From Negaprion brevirostris (lineage: Eukaryota): DNA of 64,000 nucleotides. Below, piece after piece: positions 1 through 13,384 of the stretch. Both the position numbers and the translations under genes were made by a program. The stretch is from assembly GCA_030324005.1 (NCBI GenBank), contig JARDVH010000128.1, positions 7,907,563 through 7,971,562 of the forward strand, written 5' to 3'. The stretch's first letter is position 1; the number at the start of each line of letters is the position of its first letter. The notes below the pieces were generated by a model that was not told where the DNA came from, made no database searches, and was given only the letters and a program-made list of their open reading frames with translations.

Positions 1-72
1 ATATATAAATTCAAATAAATTCAATATATAAATATTTGTATATAAATACAGTATATAAATTCAAATATAAAT
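1..72. repeat. AT-rich low-complexity repeat (atatataaattcaa-like units)
   Basis: Imperfect repeats of tataaat/tataaattcaa are directly visible. Confidence 0.7.
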
Positions 73-485
73 CCCTTAGAACCACTTCTTGGTTTCCTAA
101 CTATATCAGCTTTCTATTGTCTTAGAGGTGTGGATAGGATATTACATCTAATTTAGAAGAGTGATACTGTGATAGATGTCTTGAATTGTTTACACAAGGT
201 AACTGCTATGGAAAGTGACATATCTGTTATTTGTTGTAAATGCTCTGTTTACTGCTATTTTTACATTAATTTTACCCCTCTAGATTTTTAGATCTTTCCG
301 TAATATAAACAACCTTCAGTTTATCACCTTCAGGCGGTCTAGGTTGACCTACTGCGGGGTTTGTTTTTTCTCCTCATTTTTTTGTTCCTACTTCCCGAGC
401 TTTGTGATTTTGTTATCGTGATAGAGATAGTTAAAACATTTGCTTCTATGTACTTACCGATAATTTGAAAAATATTTTTTGCTAG

Positions 486-558
486 TTGTAATTGAAAATC
501 CACTAGTACAGGCCAAAGACATGGAAAAGGAAGAAAGGTTCAGTCCATCTACTTCAAG
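486..558 (+). CDS. MEIOB: MEIOB internal coding exon (first in window; upstream exons outside window)
   Basis: tag|TT..TCAAG|gt. Encodes VVIENPLVQAKDMEKEERFSPSTS, matching recalled MEIOB [25 protein letters not shown]. Phase fits the next exon. Confidence 0.93.
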
Positions 559-1814
559 GTATATTCAAAATCATGTCCCCACTTTAATTATAATATTAAT
601 GCTTGAAGCTCACTGGTATAATTGAAATTGCTAAATTGTTTGTGTCTTAATAACTATGTCAGGCCGGACTTTTCCACCCTGCTGCTCTGGCTGAGTAGCA
701 GGGTGCGAAATGTGAGCTAGAGGTGAAAAATTGGGTTTGCGCCAATCAGATGTTAAACAGCCCATTTATGTGCATACAATTTTTTTGTCCAAACCTCAAA
801 TGGAGGATCCTGCAGAACTCTTCCAGTATAAGAATCCTCGCAGAGAACAGCATAGAGAATCTGCATAGAGGCCACACCCTCTTTTTAAATCAGTGTTCTG
901 GCAGTGTTTCATGGTCCCCAAGCTTTTATGTGTTAATGAATGAATTGGTGAGTGTGTGGGTAGGTGGGTAACTGGGTGTGGTGAGTGAGTGGGTAGTTGG
1001 ATTGGGGAACTGGTGTGTAGTCAGGACATTGAGGGAGTTAGGCAGAGTGGGGGGGACGGGGTTCGTGATGGTGTTCAGTTGTACAGTTACCCTGGAGTTA
1101 CACTAGGATTTTTCTGTACAACATTTCCTTGGTAAATAAGTTGGAACTGTCCAAAGGCTGCGACTATAAATTAAAACTGGAGACTTTTTCACTGGGTCCT
1201 GAGGAGCAGGGGAATTGGAAGTTCAAACTTCCCTGGCAATTCTTGGCTTATTGAAGGGGCACTGTATAACTGTCCTGCTCGAAACATGAAGAACGTGACT
1301 GGAACAAGCTTGGCTCCTTTACTCCATTCAAGTGAGAATCCATTAGGTTTTGGTGCCTCGATGCATATGGTCCTAACTGGCACATGATCTTTACAGAGGC
1401 ATATTAGAATAGATGTAGGATTTTTAAAAATGATCACACCTACTACGCAGAGTCAGAATAGGCCCTACAATACAAGCCTCCATGTTCCTAGTCATTCAAG
1501 GCACAATGCTTGTTTTCAGGACATAAGTGCAGCGATTGTATGTGAATATTTATTGTCAAGGCCACTGGAGGACAACCAACACAAGGCCGACTGTGGCTTC
1601 TAGTGCCTGGGACTGCTGACGCTAATTAAGACTCTTGTGAATGTGCAGTCACATCTGAGGGGAAAGCTCACCAGTGTCATCCTTCAGGATGATATCAGCG
1701 TGCAAGGGATGGCCTTGTTAGTCAGGGGCTGGAGACTGAGTTCCTGACTTGTATATGGACGGAGACCATTCCACTGGAATTACCATTGATTACTTAATTG
1801 TATCCGTTCGTAGA

Positions 1815-1990
1815 TTAAAAGCATCTGGTTCACTAATGTCTTTAGGGAAAGAAATCTGCCATCCTTACCTGGTCTGGCCTATATGTGACTCTAGATCCAC
1901 AGCGATGTCGTTGACTCTCAGATGCCCTCTGAAATATCGTAGCAACCTTCAGGGGCAATCAGGGATGGGCAATAAATGCTGGCCCAGCCG
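1815..1990 (+). mobile_element. 3' part of shark tRNA-derived SINE with CR1-like tail
   Basis: ctggttcactaatgtctttagggaaagaaatctgcc...agggatgggcaataaatgctggcc; same family as 5143-5520. Confidence 0.75.
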
Positions 1991-4257
1991 GCTACTGCTG
2001 TTTGCTGCACCTCACACAACCTGGCACGACAGAGGCGGGAGCTAGACATCCCTTGGATGAGAAGGGCATTGAAGTGGATGAATCTGAAGAAAATGAGGAT
2101 TCAGATGAGCCTCATAAGGATATCATTGTGCAAGCATGGTGCAGTAGACATGCCAGTGACAACGTCAGCTATAAGATTCTATGAGGAATAAGGTGAAGCC
2201 AAGTTGCAATCAAATTCTCTTTAATGTTTCAATGCAGGGACACAAGATTTCCATTGTCATCTTCAACACATAATGAGAGGTTATCAATCTCACATTGATC
2301 ACAGAGAAAGCATAAGTCACCTTCAATCCTAACAATGGGGGTCAACCTTAAAAGGCTCAGTAGCCTAGAGACCTTGTGATTGCTGTGGAATGTAATAAGC
2401 GCTCCATTTGCACAAATCCTTAAACAGATAGACAAAGTTCAGTTCTTTCAACCATGGCATTGACAAGTTAGTGGCCATGGCATCCTCAAGAGGTTGAAAC
2501 ACTATTGCACCCATGACTGCATTCATCCGAGTATCGGAGCAGCTTAGCAAGGCAGCCAGAGGAAGAAAAATATTTATCAGCGGTTAACGCTTGACCGTCT
2601 TGAGAGGGAGCTACATCCAAATAACATCATCTCGCCAAACAGAGCTGTCATGCATAATTAATGCAGAGGTTACATCTTGATCCTGATCCCCAAGTTGCCA
2701 CTGGACATCAGGACACAGTTGTCTGTTATGAGACAGCATGTTGCCTAAGCTGCAAGTTATGTTGGCAGAAAGCGATTCAGCACAAACATCATTCGATTAG
2801 TGACAGTCGCTCGTTACTCTGCATTCACTGGAAGCCCGTCAAGCTTACATCCTATATTGTTTTGGAATTTTGGAGAAATGTCGGCCGGTCAGTTTTGACA
2901 CAGCATTCAATGATACTGCTGAGCACTTAGGAGATATGCTGGAGCATTGCTTTCCTATCATTACAGTCTTTGACATTGTCTGTCTCACAGAGGCCAATCC
3001 TTTTGATGAACCCGAAGTCAATGAGTGCAGTCATACAATGAGTTCCAGAATGATTTGCATTCTGTGACTTCATAGAGGAATTCTGTGAAGCATTGCTCGG
3101 CAACTGTTCAGAAGCAAAGTAAGATCCTCGGAGAAGTAGATGGGATCATCGGGATGAGTACACGCATCTGAGCGCACGATTCCTGCCTAGCAGATATTTC
3201 AAATGTCACCCTCAGCTTCATGCATGGAGTGCGTAAGAACTAATAAAGGAATAATGTTCAACTTTAAACATGGAGATGGAAAAACACTGCAGGAAAGCAT
3301 GAAAGCTTAATGATGAATACTGCTTTCACCAAAACTTCAGTCATAAAACAAACACCATTGCAAAGTGCACTTGGGTAAGAAGACTAAGATTGGTCATGGC
3401 GAGTACAACATCCACAAACTACAGACTTAATCGCAACAAAATCAGGATAATCATTAATCTTGATGAATAATTCTCATTAGGCCACATAATGTGTGCCTGA
3501 GGTCTAAGGGTTACATGTGAATTGTTCATCCATCATGTTTCATATAGAAGTGCCTTTGTTCATGTCGCAGATGTGAAACTAAAGATGATTCACTGTAATG
3601 TGATTGAAAACTAAGGTGCAAGGTGAGAGATAATTGTAAAGGGGATCTCATTTTACACCCTTGGGTAAACACATCACATTGATTAGTCATTCAATACTTG
3701 AAACTAGGGATAAAGGCAAAATTTATTCAAATAGTGCAGATTATATACAGTGAATGAACACCCGTGCCAAAATTGTGCATTCAAAACTTCATAATTTTCC
3801 TAACTCTATTGCTATGCCTAGGTGCAACCCTGACATCCGCAGCAGAGGTGGGGGCACCCTCCTAACTGCTGCACCCTGCTCTCTGAGATTACTTTGGCGG
3901 GCATCTTCTGGAGGCCCAAGGGCTGGATGGTTTGTGCCAATCACCTACTCTGGGGTAATTGCACTCTCCTCAGCCTGACCTGCTGAAGTTGATGGAGTCA
4001 CAGGCAGAAGGGATTTGCAGATGGATGTCCCAGAAATATCTAGCTGGTACTCCTCCTCCTCCCTTTGGGTATCTGGGCAATCTTTCCTGAATCGTTGATG
4101 AGAAGGGGCACCTAGAGGGAGATAGCAGGGTCCCATGCCCCTCACTCGTACCTACTGCTGGAGCGCATCTATGGCAAGAGTAATGGTGTGCAAGTCCAGC
4201 AGAAACTGCTGGGCGTGGTTTTCTGAAAGGGCTGCCACCTTTCCCGTGGATTTGCAC

Positions 4258-4905
4258 TCATACCAGAGCTACAATATTAAACAGAATGTGGATGGACTCT
4301 TCCATGTTTCGTTCGAGTCTGGTGAACCGGCTGGTCACGGGCATTCGGCCTCTGATCTTTGGTAAGCGTTCTCCTAGGCAGCCTTCACAACACACGATTA
4401 CGCAGAGTCGCCGAGCAGAGACTGGTAGCCGAGCTCTGCTCAGCCTCGACCAGGATCTTGGGTTCATGTCACACTATCTGTGACCCCCACGATTTGCCTG
4501 GGCTTGCAAAATCTCACTAACTGTCCTGTCTGGAGACAATACACATCTCTTTAACCTGTGCTNNNNNNNNNNNNNNNNNNNNNNNNNNNNNNNNNNNNNN
4601 NNNNNNNNNNNNNNNNNNNNNNNNNNNNNNNNNNNNNNNNNNNNNNNNNNNNNNNNNNNNNNTACACATCTCTCTAACCTGTGCTTAACCCTCTCTCCAC
4701 TCACATTGTCTGTACCTTTAAGACTTGATTACCTGTAAAAACTCGCATTCCAACCATTATTTTGTAAACTAAGTTTGTGTTTTTATAAGCCCTGTTTGTG
4801 AACAGAACACCCACTTACGTGATGAAGGGGCAGCGCTCCGAAAGCTAGTGGCTTCTACTACCAAATAAACCTGCTGGACTTTAACCTGGTGTCGTGAGAC
4901 CGCTT
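4258..4905 (+). mobile_element. Penelope-like retroelement 3' end (GIY-YIG C-terminus plus pLTR)
   Basis: Remnant peptides GHGHSASDLW and LDQDLGFMSHYL. pLTR motif tgatgaaggggcagcgctccgaaagctag...ccaaataaacctgctggactttaacctggtg. Confidence 0.8.
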
Positions 4906-5142
4906 ACGCTGATGACACAACTCATGTCTGGTCTCCAGCAGTTCTCTGAGTGCCAGAGACTTCAGCTGTTACTGTCTGCACCTGCTGTGGACATATGTCC
5001 ATGAGGTAATCACCAGCTTATGACCGCACACTACTCTAGAACGAGGAAACATCAAGGTGCATGTATCTGCATTGGTGGTGGGTGCAGGTAAACACACTGA
5101 CCTTGGATGTTCCTTGGATACATCCTCAGCCTCCTCATTAGA

Positions 5143-5520
5143 GGGGGGAGACGATGGAGTGGTAATGTCACTGGACTAATAATCCAGAGGCCCAGGATAA
5201 TGCACTGGGAACATGTGGTCAAATTCCTCCATGGCAGCTAGTTGAATTTAAATTCAATTAATAAAATCTGAAATTGAAAGCTACCCTCAGTAATGGTGAC
5301 CATGAATATGTTGTCGATTGTCATAAGGTCACAGCTGGTCCACCAATGCCCTTCAGGGAAACAAATCTGCTGTGCTTACGTGGCCTGGCATACATGTGTT
5401 ATAGACCAACAACAACGTGGTTGACTCTTAAGTACCCTCTGAAATGTTCCAGCAAGCTACTCTGTCCAAGGCCATTTAGGGATGAGCAAGAGATGCTGGC
5501 CACATCCCGTAAAAGAATAA
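5143..5520 (+). mobile_element. tRNA-derived SINE with CR1-like tail
   Basis: tRNA-like head (gagtggtaatgtcactggacta...gtggtcaaattcc) and tail ttagggatgagcaagagatgctggcc. Confidence 0.75.
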
Positions 5521-6420
5521 ATTTTAGAAAGGTGTTCTGAAGGGATAGACTGGTGCTTCGGATTTGCTTGTTTCCTTCCTCTGCCTTTTCTTGCTGGTGG
5601 CTGGAATAGAAATTGGTTGATAGGGCAAGCTGCAATATTGGTCATCCGTAGTCATTGTCTGATTGTGGCCAATGTATCCTAAGCGGACCCTTACTGGCTT
5701 GTAGGGAGAGGCTAATCTTGCTTTCCACGCAGGAATGATCTCTGTTCCATCGACTGGTGGCATGTGACATCCCAGTGAATCTGGAGTGTGTATAAGTTTT
5801 ACTTACCTTGGCAATTGCATCAACTCATTCATTTGTTTCCTGCACTGCAGGGCAGTTCTTTTCTGTACTAATCTCCCTGGCAACTCCTTTCCAAAAGAGT
5901 GTGTCATGTGGGAGAACCTCCTGCCCCCATCCCTTAGAAAGAGGATCACCTGCTTTTCCTGGATAGCCTGGAGGAGAATCCCTAGCGAGGTTCCACTGAA
6001 CTGTGGGGTCAAAGGATTGATACATCTGAGCATTATGGTGGTGCAAGCTATGTCATAAATCAAACAGTTCAATTTTATTGTTAATCGCTTATTGCTATTA
6101 ATTTGCATTTATTGTATATTAATTTGGATATACAGAATTGCAAATTAGTGCAAAATTAGTTGAATGACCGCTCACTGAAGTTTGTTCAAATATAAATTTA
6201 GCCTTGTGCCAACAGTGGGGTTGGAAAGATTGCTAACCATGTAATCAGACTGATTATGTACATTTTTCAGAATAAATTTGATCTAATTTCTAAAATGAAG
6301 TATTTTAACAGAACAATTGAGAGAATAGGTGCATAATTACCTAAAATTTTAGTTCTGATTTATCCTGCTGATGAAACCTTTGACATTAATATTGTTTGTT
6401 GCTTGTTGTTTCACATTTAG

Positions 6421-6616
6421 TTGCTATAAACTTTTGGTCAGTGAGAACTTTTCAACGGTCAGGATGTGCCATGACCTGGAGCTTGAAAGTAGGCTTCTCT
6501 CCTTATTGCATTTACCTGTGAAAGACCCTCAGGATTATTATTCACTTGGAGATATTGTTCATAATGGCCAAAGCCTGAATGGAAACATTATCAATATACT
6601 GGCATCAGTCAAATCG
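6421..6616 (+). CDS. MEIOB: MEIOB coding exon
   Basis: tttag|T..TCG|gtgagc. [16 protein letters not shown]...[41 protein letters not shown]. Confidence 0.96.
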
Positions 6617-7869
6617 GTGAGCTTTTTGCAATTAAAATATAATAGATATTTTCTTCTATCAAGCAGTGTGCTTTCGCCAACACGCATCCTGTATGAATTG
6701 GTAAAAAAAAAAATACTTTTGAGTATCTAAAACATACCTTAATTAAGGCTAACTATTAAATACTGACAAATTTTTGATATGTTTTTCAAAGTACTCACCA
6801 ACATTTTTAATTTGTTCTTTAATTGGTAATATAAAAATATTATGTTCAGCATTCCTTTTTATTATGTATCTCTGCTCTTACTTTAATTGATGATTTCTGA
6901 TGACATCCCCAGGTAATTGGCATAGAGGTGTTAATGAATCTGAATGTGGCATAAATTGGTATGATAATAAGATTGCGGAAAGATCCTGAGTTAATGATGT
7001 CATCTGTCGACACTCTTTCACGTGCCAGACACAATTCAAAGAGATCCAGCTGGTGGAACTAATTCCTAGTTCCTAAAGGACATCGGAAACACATCCTCTG
7101 CCATATTGGTTTTGGGTGGTAGTGAACCGTCCCTGGTGGCCAGTTTAGATAAATGTTGTGCCCTTCAGTATGCTAATGAGGAGCCTAGTTTAGGACCCAA
7201 ACCAGACTATCATGGACGACGTTCTTACTGTGCTTGGGATTATCAGATTTGCACGTGGCCTAATCAGTAAGTCATTAAATGAATTGCTGGAGTTTTCTGC
7301 CAAAAAATTGAGTTTTGTAAAAAGAAAACTTACCTCAATATGCAGCTGGGAGTTGCCATTACTGACCACCATATTGATTTCTCAGTTGCCTGCTGACACT
7401 AGCAGTGAGGTCAAATTAAGAGTTTACAATGTTGCAAACTTGATTGTCCCTGTAAGGGAATCAGACCTGGTCTGAGATGACAAAAGCCCCAAATCCTCAC
7501 CACTAAACCATTTTTTTACAAAGTTTACAATAATGTACGTTTGCATTCAATTTGGAAAAACTGTAAAATTTTCAGTTTAGTTTCAAGTAATATACATTCA
7601 GCAATTTTGTTTTTAAACTGCTGACTACTGAATTCTGAATGTTCGTAAAATATGACTAATATTTCTATTTGCGTTGCCAAAGCGTAATTGGCAGGACTTC
7701 CATTGGATTGGCAGCTTAATGATGGTGTTGGATTTTCTGTGTGTGTACTTGACTCTGCCACAAGTCTGTCTGTTTTCTACTTTTCCTAATTGATCCAGCT
7801 GATCACATAAAAGTATTGCCAAGTCCTGCTAAAACTATCCACTATCTAAAGATCACCCAGTAAGTTAAA

Positions 7870-10800
7870 GATAATATCTGGCTTATCTTCTCTACCACAT
7901 ATCTGCTTCTTAAACTACCCTGCCTGTCTCCTCAACCCTCGCCATTAGTAATAAATGCAAGAAGCATGAAAGTGCTACAAAAGTTGTCTTTGCTGCTTCC
8001 CAAACTTCCCCAATCCACTGAGCCTAATGCCCTTTAAGGTTCCCCATGCTCTAATCGTGAATGTATATCTTTTCTCTTGTTGCTCTCCTATCTTTCTAAT
8101 CCTTTTCCAAGATCATCTTGTTTATGCTAGCTACCTCTTTTCTTCTTAAACTGCTGACCACCCAGCTTCTTTTCCTGATATTAACTGGTATGAACTACCA
8201 CTCTCTCCTTCAAATCTTCTGTCATTGTTCCATTCCTCAAAAAAAAGTCACCACTATTTCATTGCAAACTACCATCTCACCTGCAACCACACTTTTCTGT
8301 CAAGATCTTGAATGTCACCCTCCAAATCCATGCCCATTTTCCTTGAAAATCCATGTTTGAATCTGTCAAATTTTGCTGCCGCCCAACCACAGAACCTAAA
8401 TAGTTTTATCAAAATCACAAATGACTTTCTAGATGGTGGTGACAAAATAACTATTCATCCTATTGCTTCTCAACCTATCTGTAGCTTTTGACATCATTGA
8501 CTACATAATTTTGCCCCCTGTTTCTGTACTGTCATCCAGCAGGATTAAGATTTGCTTTCACCTGATTCTGTAGTTCCAGCAGGAGAATTATATGCAGTGG
8601 CTTCTCTTATCATTCACATTATGCTATTTATGATGTCTTCTATTTCTCATTTGCTTGTTACCCCTTGGCGACATCAGTTAAAACCTTGGCACCAGTTTCC
8701 ACATGTACAAGAGCCTGATTTATCTAATCTCTACGTTTCTTGACTGATTCACTGGATGTTCGTTCTGTTGTGAAAAACGGAGTGTTTCCCGCTGACGACG
8801 CCGGTGTGCTTTCGGGCCGAATCTTATGTCTCATTAGCAAGAATTTTTAAGCCCGTGCATNNNNNNNNNNNNNNNNNNNNNNNNNNNNNNNNNNNNNNNN
8901 NNNNNNNNNNNNNNNNNNNNNNNNNNNNNNNNNNNNNNNNNNNNNNNNNNNNNNNNNNNNNNNNNNNNNNNNNNNNNNNNGGAGATGAAAGACAAGAAGT
9001 CAGCACCATGCTTTTTGGGAGGGGCACTGACATGGATGCTGATTGGAGTGTAGCAGAATGGGACACACTCTATCCTGTTCCAAGAGATGGCTTTCCAGCA
9101 GGGTCACCTGGCAGTGACTGCCCTGGTCAGCGCAAGCACACTCCAGAAAAGGACGAGGCAGCAGTGTCGGAAGAAAATGAACGATCATCTTCACTCAGCC
9201 AGGGTAAGTGAACTATTCTCAGTCTCCCACTGGACCCCTTGCAGACCCTTCACACCCCCAACCCGTTCTCTCACAGCCATCTTGATCAGGCACCAGTTCC
9301 CACATCCTTTTTGCAACCACCGTGTTCCTCCAGTAGCTGCTATGCTTCTCATAATCTAGCTCCCACTCAAGCCCCACGTCTGCCATACCTCATCACCATC
9401 ATAAATGTCAATGCTCGCACATTCACTCTTCCTCTTTGTCATTGCAGGACAAATCCAACCATGACAGGCATCAGTGAGTGCAGCCAGCTAGAGTCATGTC
9501 CAAGCTCTGAACCCTCACACATTTTGAGGAGCAAGCCCTTGACCTGGTTGGAGAGGAAAAAGAGCACGTCTGTGCTGCTGGTGAAATGGAGGCAGCAGAC
9601 AAACGTGCGAATCCTCAACACATACGCTGTAATTTCTCAAGTAATCAATGTTGCCGCCATATCCCCTGCAATGCACTGATGCCACGTCCCTTCTTTTGAA
9701 GGCTGGCCAGCAGGTCAGACCAGACCATCTTCGTGATCCTGGAATTACCGGACTCCAGCAGTTCAGAGGGGGGAGCTTCTCAAACCCTGCTGTTGATGAA
9801 GCATTACAGCTGTCACCAGCACCAGTGCAGATACTCACACCTCGATGAGTCCAACAACTAGGCGGGCTTCGACATCACTCATTGGTGAGCACCTCACAGC
9901 TTAAGATCCACAGCAGGGAGAGGCAGGACATCCCAGGCAACAGGCGCTAGCGGGGAATGCCAGATCCCAGGACTCTGCTGAGCGCTTTGCCAATGATGTG
10001 TCCCTTAGCCTGGAGCTGCGTAGGCAGAGTGGCGAGTATCAGGAAGGGCTGACAGCAGTCTTCCTTGGAGTGTAAGGCTGACGGAAGAAGCCCCGTCGCC
10101 TTCGATCTGAGGAGATGGTGCTATCACTCAGCACACCAAGGCCAGCACAGTGAGGTTAATGTCTGCAGTGGAAACCTTGGTGCAGGGCATGCACTCCATG
10201 GCAGGAGATGACTGCACCATGATGCAAGACTTTGACTGCATGGTACAGGCACTAGTGGGAATTGACAAGCATCGGTGCCAGATGACAACAGGATTTCTGG
10301 ATCTCATTCCAGCTGTCCCTTAAACCCCTGGAGAAGCATAGAGGCCCCTGGGAACCTGAGGATCAGCAGGAGTACAGCGAGGGACTCTCGCTCATCTGAC
10401 ACCCCCTTCCTCTGAGTGGCACACCTTCAGCCCCTGACTTCAAGGAGGGAAGCAATCAAGCGTCCAGTTGCCCGAGGCAAAAGGGCATGGAAGTCAGCAT
10501 GCCACCTCAACCTCAGCTGTGGATCCTGTGGATACATCGAGATATTGTTGGAAAGTCAGACAGACCAAGAAACTATAGGCATTTTGTGGGCACGGGTGAA
10601 TATATACATGAGTGTAGATAGGTCACCGTTTTGTTTTGTAGGTCTGGCAATAAATTTTACTTTGCTCACCCACAGAGCCTCCGTTCTGTCTTTTCATGCA
10701 ACCAAGCTTGGGGAAACCACTGTGCTAACCTGGTGCCTCAGTCCTGTGGAGTATGAGGGTGGCAGTGCAATGTCTCTCCCACCGTCTTGCCATCCCCCAC

Positions 10801-11760
10801 TAAAGAAGGACACTCCTTCTGCTGTGACGTGGACAGGAACCCAGGACAGAAAACATGGAAAGCATTGCCTGCATACCAAACTTCGTTCTCCTTTTGAAGC
10901 AAGGGGCGTCCTGACATGCAGGAAAAGTAAGGCCTGCAAGTCATCCCTCCTGACCCCTCTTCCCGAAATGGCAATTCCGGGACCCCTGACCCCGGGTTGA
11001 ACTTACGTGTGTCTTCCAAATCCTCTCTGGTGCACAGCACGGACGATGCAGGTAACCTGAGCGCTCACTTTCAAAACCTTCCTCAGAGGTGAAGGCGCCA
11101 GGTGCGTATGTAGACCTGTTGTAAATGGTGCCGACATGATATCTTGTCAGTGTCTGCTGAATATTTGGTGAGGGGGAAAATCACAGAGAGAGCACTCATT
11201 AATTAATGACATGCAACTATATTAAAATGAGCTTTCTGTAGTCCCATGACGTGTTTCATGCCACTCTACTGGCATGGGGCTGGTAAGATTGGAAATGGAA
11301 ACTCGCTGGCCCAAATCACACTCTCCGGATTTTGAGCACGTATCGTCATTCCTGCAGATGGAGAGTGCATGCTTAAAATCCCATCTCCTCAGCCTCACTG
11401 TTTCTAATGATCAGACTACATGTCTAACATTGAATAGTGGAGTTGGAAAATTTTACTCCGATTAAGTATTGGTGAAGAAGAAAGCATTGTCGTTGGTCCC
11501 CATCAAGAAATTCTGTCTCTTTGCTACTGACTACATCCCTATCCCTGGCAATTGCCTGAGGTTGAACCAGTCTGTTCTGATCTTAGTGTCACATTGGATT
11601 CAAAGGTAACTTTCTGACTATATATCTACTGTACTGTCTAACTCCATTGTTGCTTTTGCTCATTTTTTGTGAAACTTTCACCATATCTTTGTTACCTGAC
11701 TGTTACCTCAATACTCCCTAGTTCTATCCAGTGCGCACTTAAGATCATTCAAAACGACTA
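7870..11760 (+). mobile_element. Old L2-like LINE fragments (7870-8749 and 11387-11760) split by a Harbinger insertion
   Basis: RT remnants ttgcttctcaacctatctgtagcttttgacatcattgac (LLxLSxAFDxID) and a decayed YADD region. The sequence resumes after 11386 (NFLxLxIG-like). Confidence 0.6.
8750..11386 (+). mobile_element. Harbinger derivative carrying spliced Myb/SANT ORF remnant
   Basis: MKDKKSAPCF...ALVSASTLQKRTRQQCRKKMNDHLHSAR|gtaagt (8985-9203). Next exon follows ttgcag at ~9448 (..TLTHFEEQALDLVGE). The end resembles a Harbinger TIR (taaaatcccatc). Confidence 0.72.
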
Positions 11761-11977
11761 CCCATAGGNNNNNNNNNNAAACTTGACTTCAGAAATAACT
11801 GCCGTGGTATTTTATGGCTTATTTTTCTTCATTATTCCAACTGAAGTAGAATTCAATTTAAGATTGAAATCTTCAAAGAAATCCTCTGTGACATTAAACC
11901 CTTGATGTTTATGTTGAAAATATAATTATTTCATGACTGTATTTGTTTAAAGATTAGAAAAATAACATTGCCTTAAG

Positions 11978-12078
11978 GTAGGGGAACACAAGCATTTTAC
12001 CACAGCAGACAGAAGAAAAGGACAGCGATGTGAAGTAAGACTGTTTGATGAAACTGTACCATCATTCCTAATGAACTG
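11978..12078 (+). CDS. MEIOB: MEIOB coding exon
   Basis: aag|GTA..AACTG|gttagt. [34 protein letters not shown]. Confidence 0.96.
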
Positions 12079-13017
12079 GTTAGTATATTTTTTTAACTTT
12101 CAACAAATGTAGTTAACTAATTTTGGAAGTGGCTGAGATAGATTTTGATGGGCGGTTCAGATTATTTATTATCAGTTATTTTAGAATACTAGCCCTTTTA
12201 TCTCTGCGGTAATGCATCCAACTGAGTCTGGTGCCCTAAACTTGTCTTTCTGGCAAACCTTTGTCATACTGCTTTACCATTGCTGGAAGTATTGCTTGCA
12301 GCTTGTTTTTTCTATCCTATTAACTCTATATTCTTATGTAAATTCCCATTTGTAACATCTTTTTAAGGCTTAGAAGCCTGAGCCTTTCAAGTTAATATAA
12401 TTATTTCCTTTGATACCAGCGATCGACCTGTTTGCCCCTCTCTGAACTTTTCTTCTCGGCTCTAGGTGATGCCTTTATGTCACAGCAAGCAAAACTACTG
12501 TATGATATCAAGGCACCGCCTGGCCAAAGTGCTGCACGACTTCACTGTGATCTTGGAGGATTTGAGCCCAGTTGATTACTGGCGTTTCTCTTTAACCTCA
12601 GATGTATAGCATTTGCAATTGTAACCAGTCTCTTAGTTTTTTCATCCATTTAAATTTAGAACATTGAAATTGTTTGCTTTGTTTCCGTATAGAAAAGCTT
12701 TTAGAACTTTCAAAATAAAATCAATACCCAATATTAAAGAGTAATGCTATGCAACGTTTATTGATTCACATAAAACAGCAGATTGTGACATAACGTATAG
12801 TGCTTTTGATATTTCCCTGCTTTACAAATTGAAGAGATAAACCATTTACACGGTAATTACTGAAATAAATTGGGACATTATTATCAGAGTAGATAACCAT
12901 ATCCTTGCATAATAGTGATTAATTCTCTATTAGCAATGAGAAAATAACAAAATTTTTGTGTGTTTGGGGAAAGTAACCTTTTTACTAGCTAACTAATTAT
13001 ATGTATAATTTCTGTAG

Positions 13018-13070
13018 CTGGGATAATGAATCTATACAGCTTGCGCAGACATGGATACCCAGGGAAACAG
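13018..13070 (+). CDS. MEIOB: MEIOB coding exon
   Basis: tgtag|C..ACAG|gtattg. WDNESIQLAQTWIPRET. Confidence 0.96.
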
Positions 13071-13179
13071 GTATTGAATATGTAAATTTATGTGAGTTAT
13101 ATTTTTCTTATTCTGAAGTTAATAATTCTGCAGCAAGCCTTAATACATTTTATAGATTTGGCTTTTATTACTGTTACAG

Positions 13180-13275
13180 TACTGTTCATAGCTGATGTTC
13201 GAGTAAATTACGACAATTTTCGCAACGGCATGGCTGCCACAGTGATTGCTAAAACGATAATTACAACAAACCCTG
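13180..13275 (+). CDS. MEIOB: MEIOB coding exon
   Basis: tacag|TA..CCTG|gtaaga. [32 protein letters not shown]. Confidence 0.96.
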
Positions 13276-13384
13276 GTAAGATATTTCAGTTTTATTACAT
13301 TTTTAATTATTTTGTCATGTCAAAATTGAAGATTAATTAACATTCAGATTGATTTTTTTACACTTTAAGAGATAACAATTTATT

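Larger units (their letters stand above)
662..6238. mobile_element. Degenerate near full-length Harbinger (PIF) DNA transposon with convergent transposase (+) and Myb/SANT (-) ORFs, interrupted by SINE and Penelope insertions
   Basis: Transposase C-terminal remnant AVCCTSHNLARQRR at ~1995-2190 (+). Myb domain PQFSGTSLGILLQAIQEKQVILF...KRTALQCRKQMNELMQ at 6034-5806 (-) ends at a gtaagt donor. The Myb ORF 3' end at ~3780-4250 (-) is homologous to 33060-33210. Termini are weakly inverted (ttttccaccc / ggggttggaaag). Confidence 0.7.

Noticed and set aside
4540-4700. Direct repeat flanking the N gap
   Set aside because: Tandem unit of the Penelope pLTR, likely collapsed or duplicated by the assembly.
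10416-11000. 194-aa ORF as a novel gene
   Set aside because: It lies in a decayed Harbinger, runs across a polyA-like signal, starts at GTG and has no recognisable domain.
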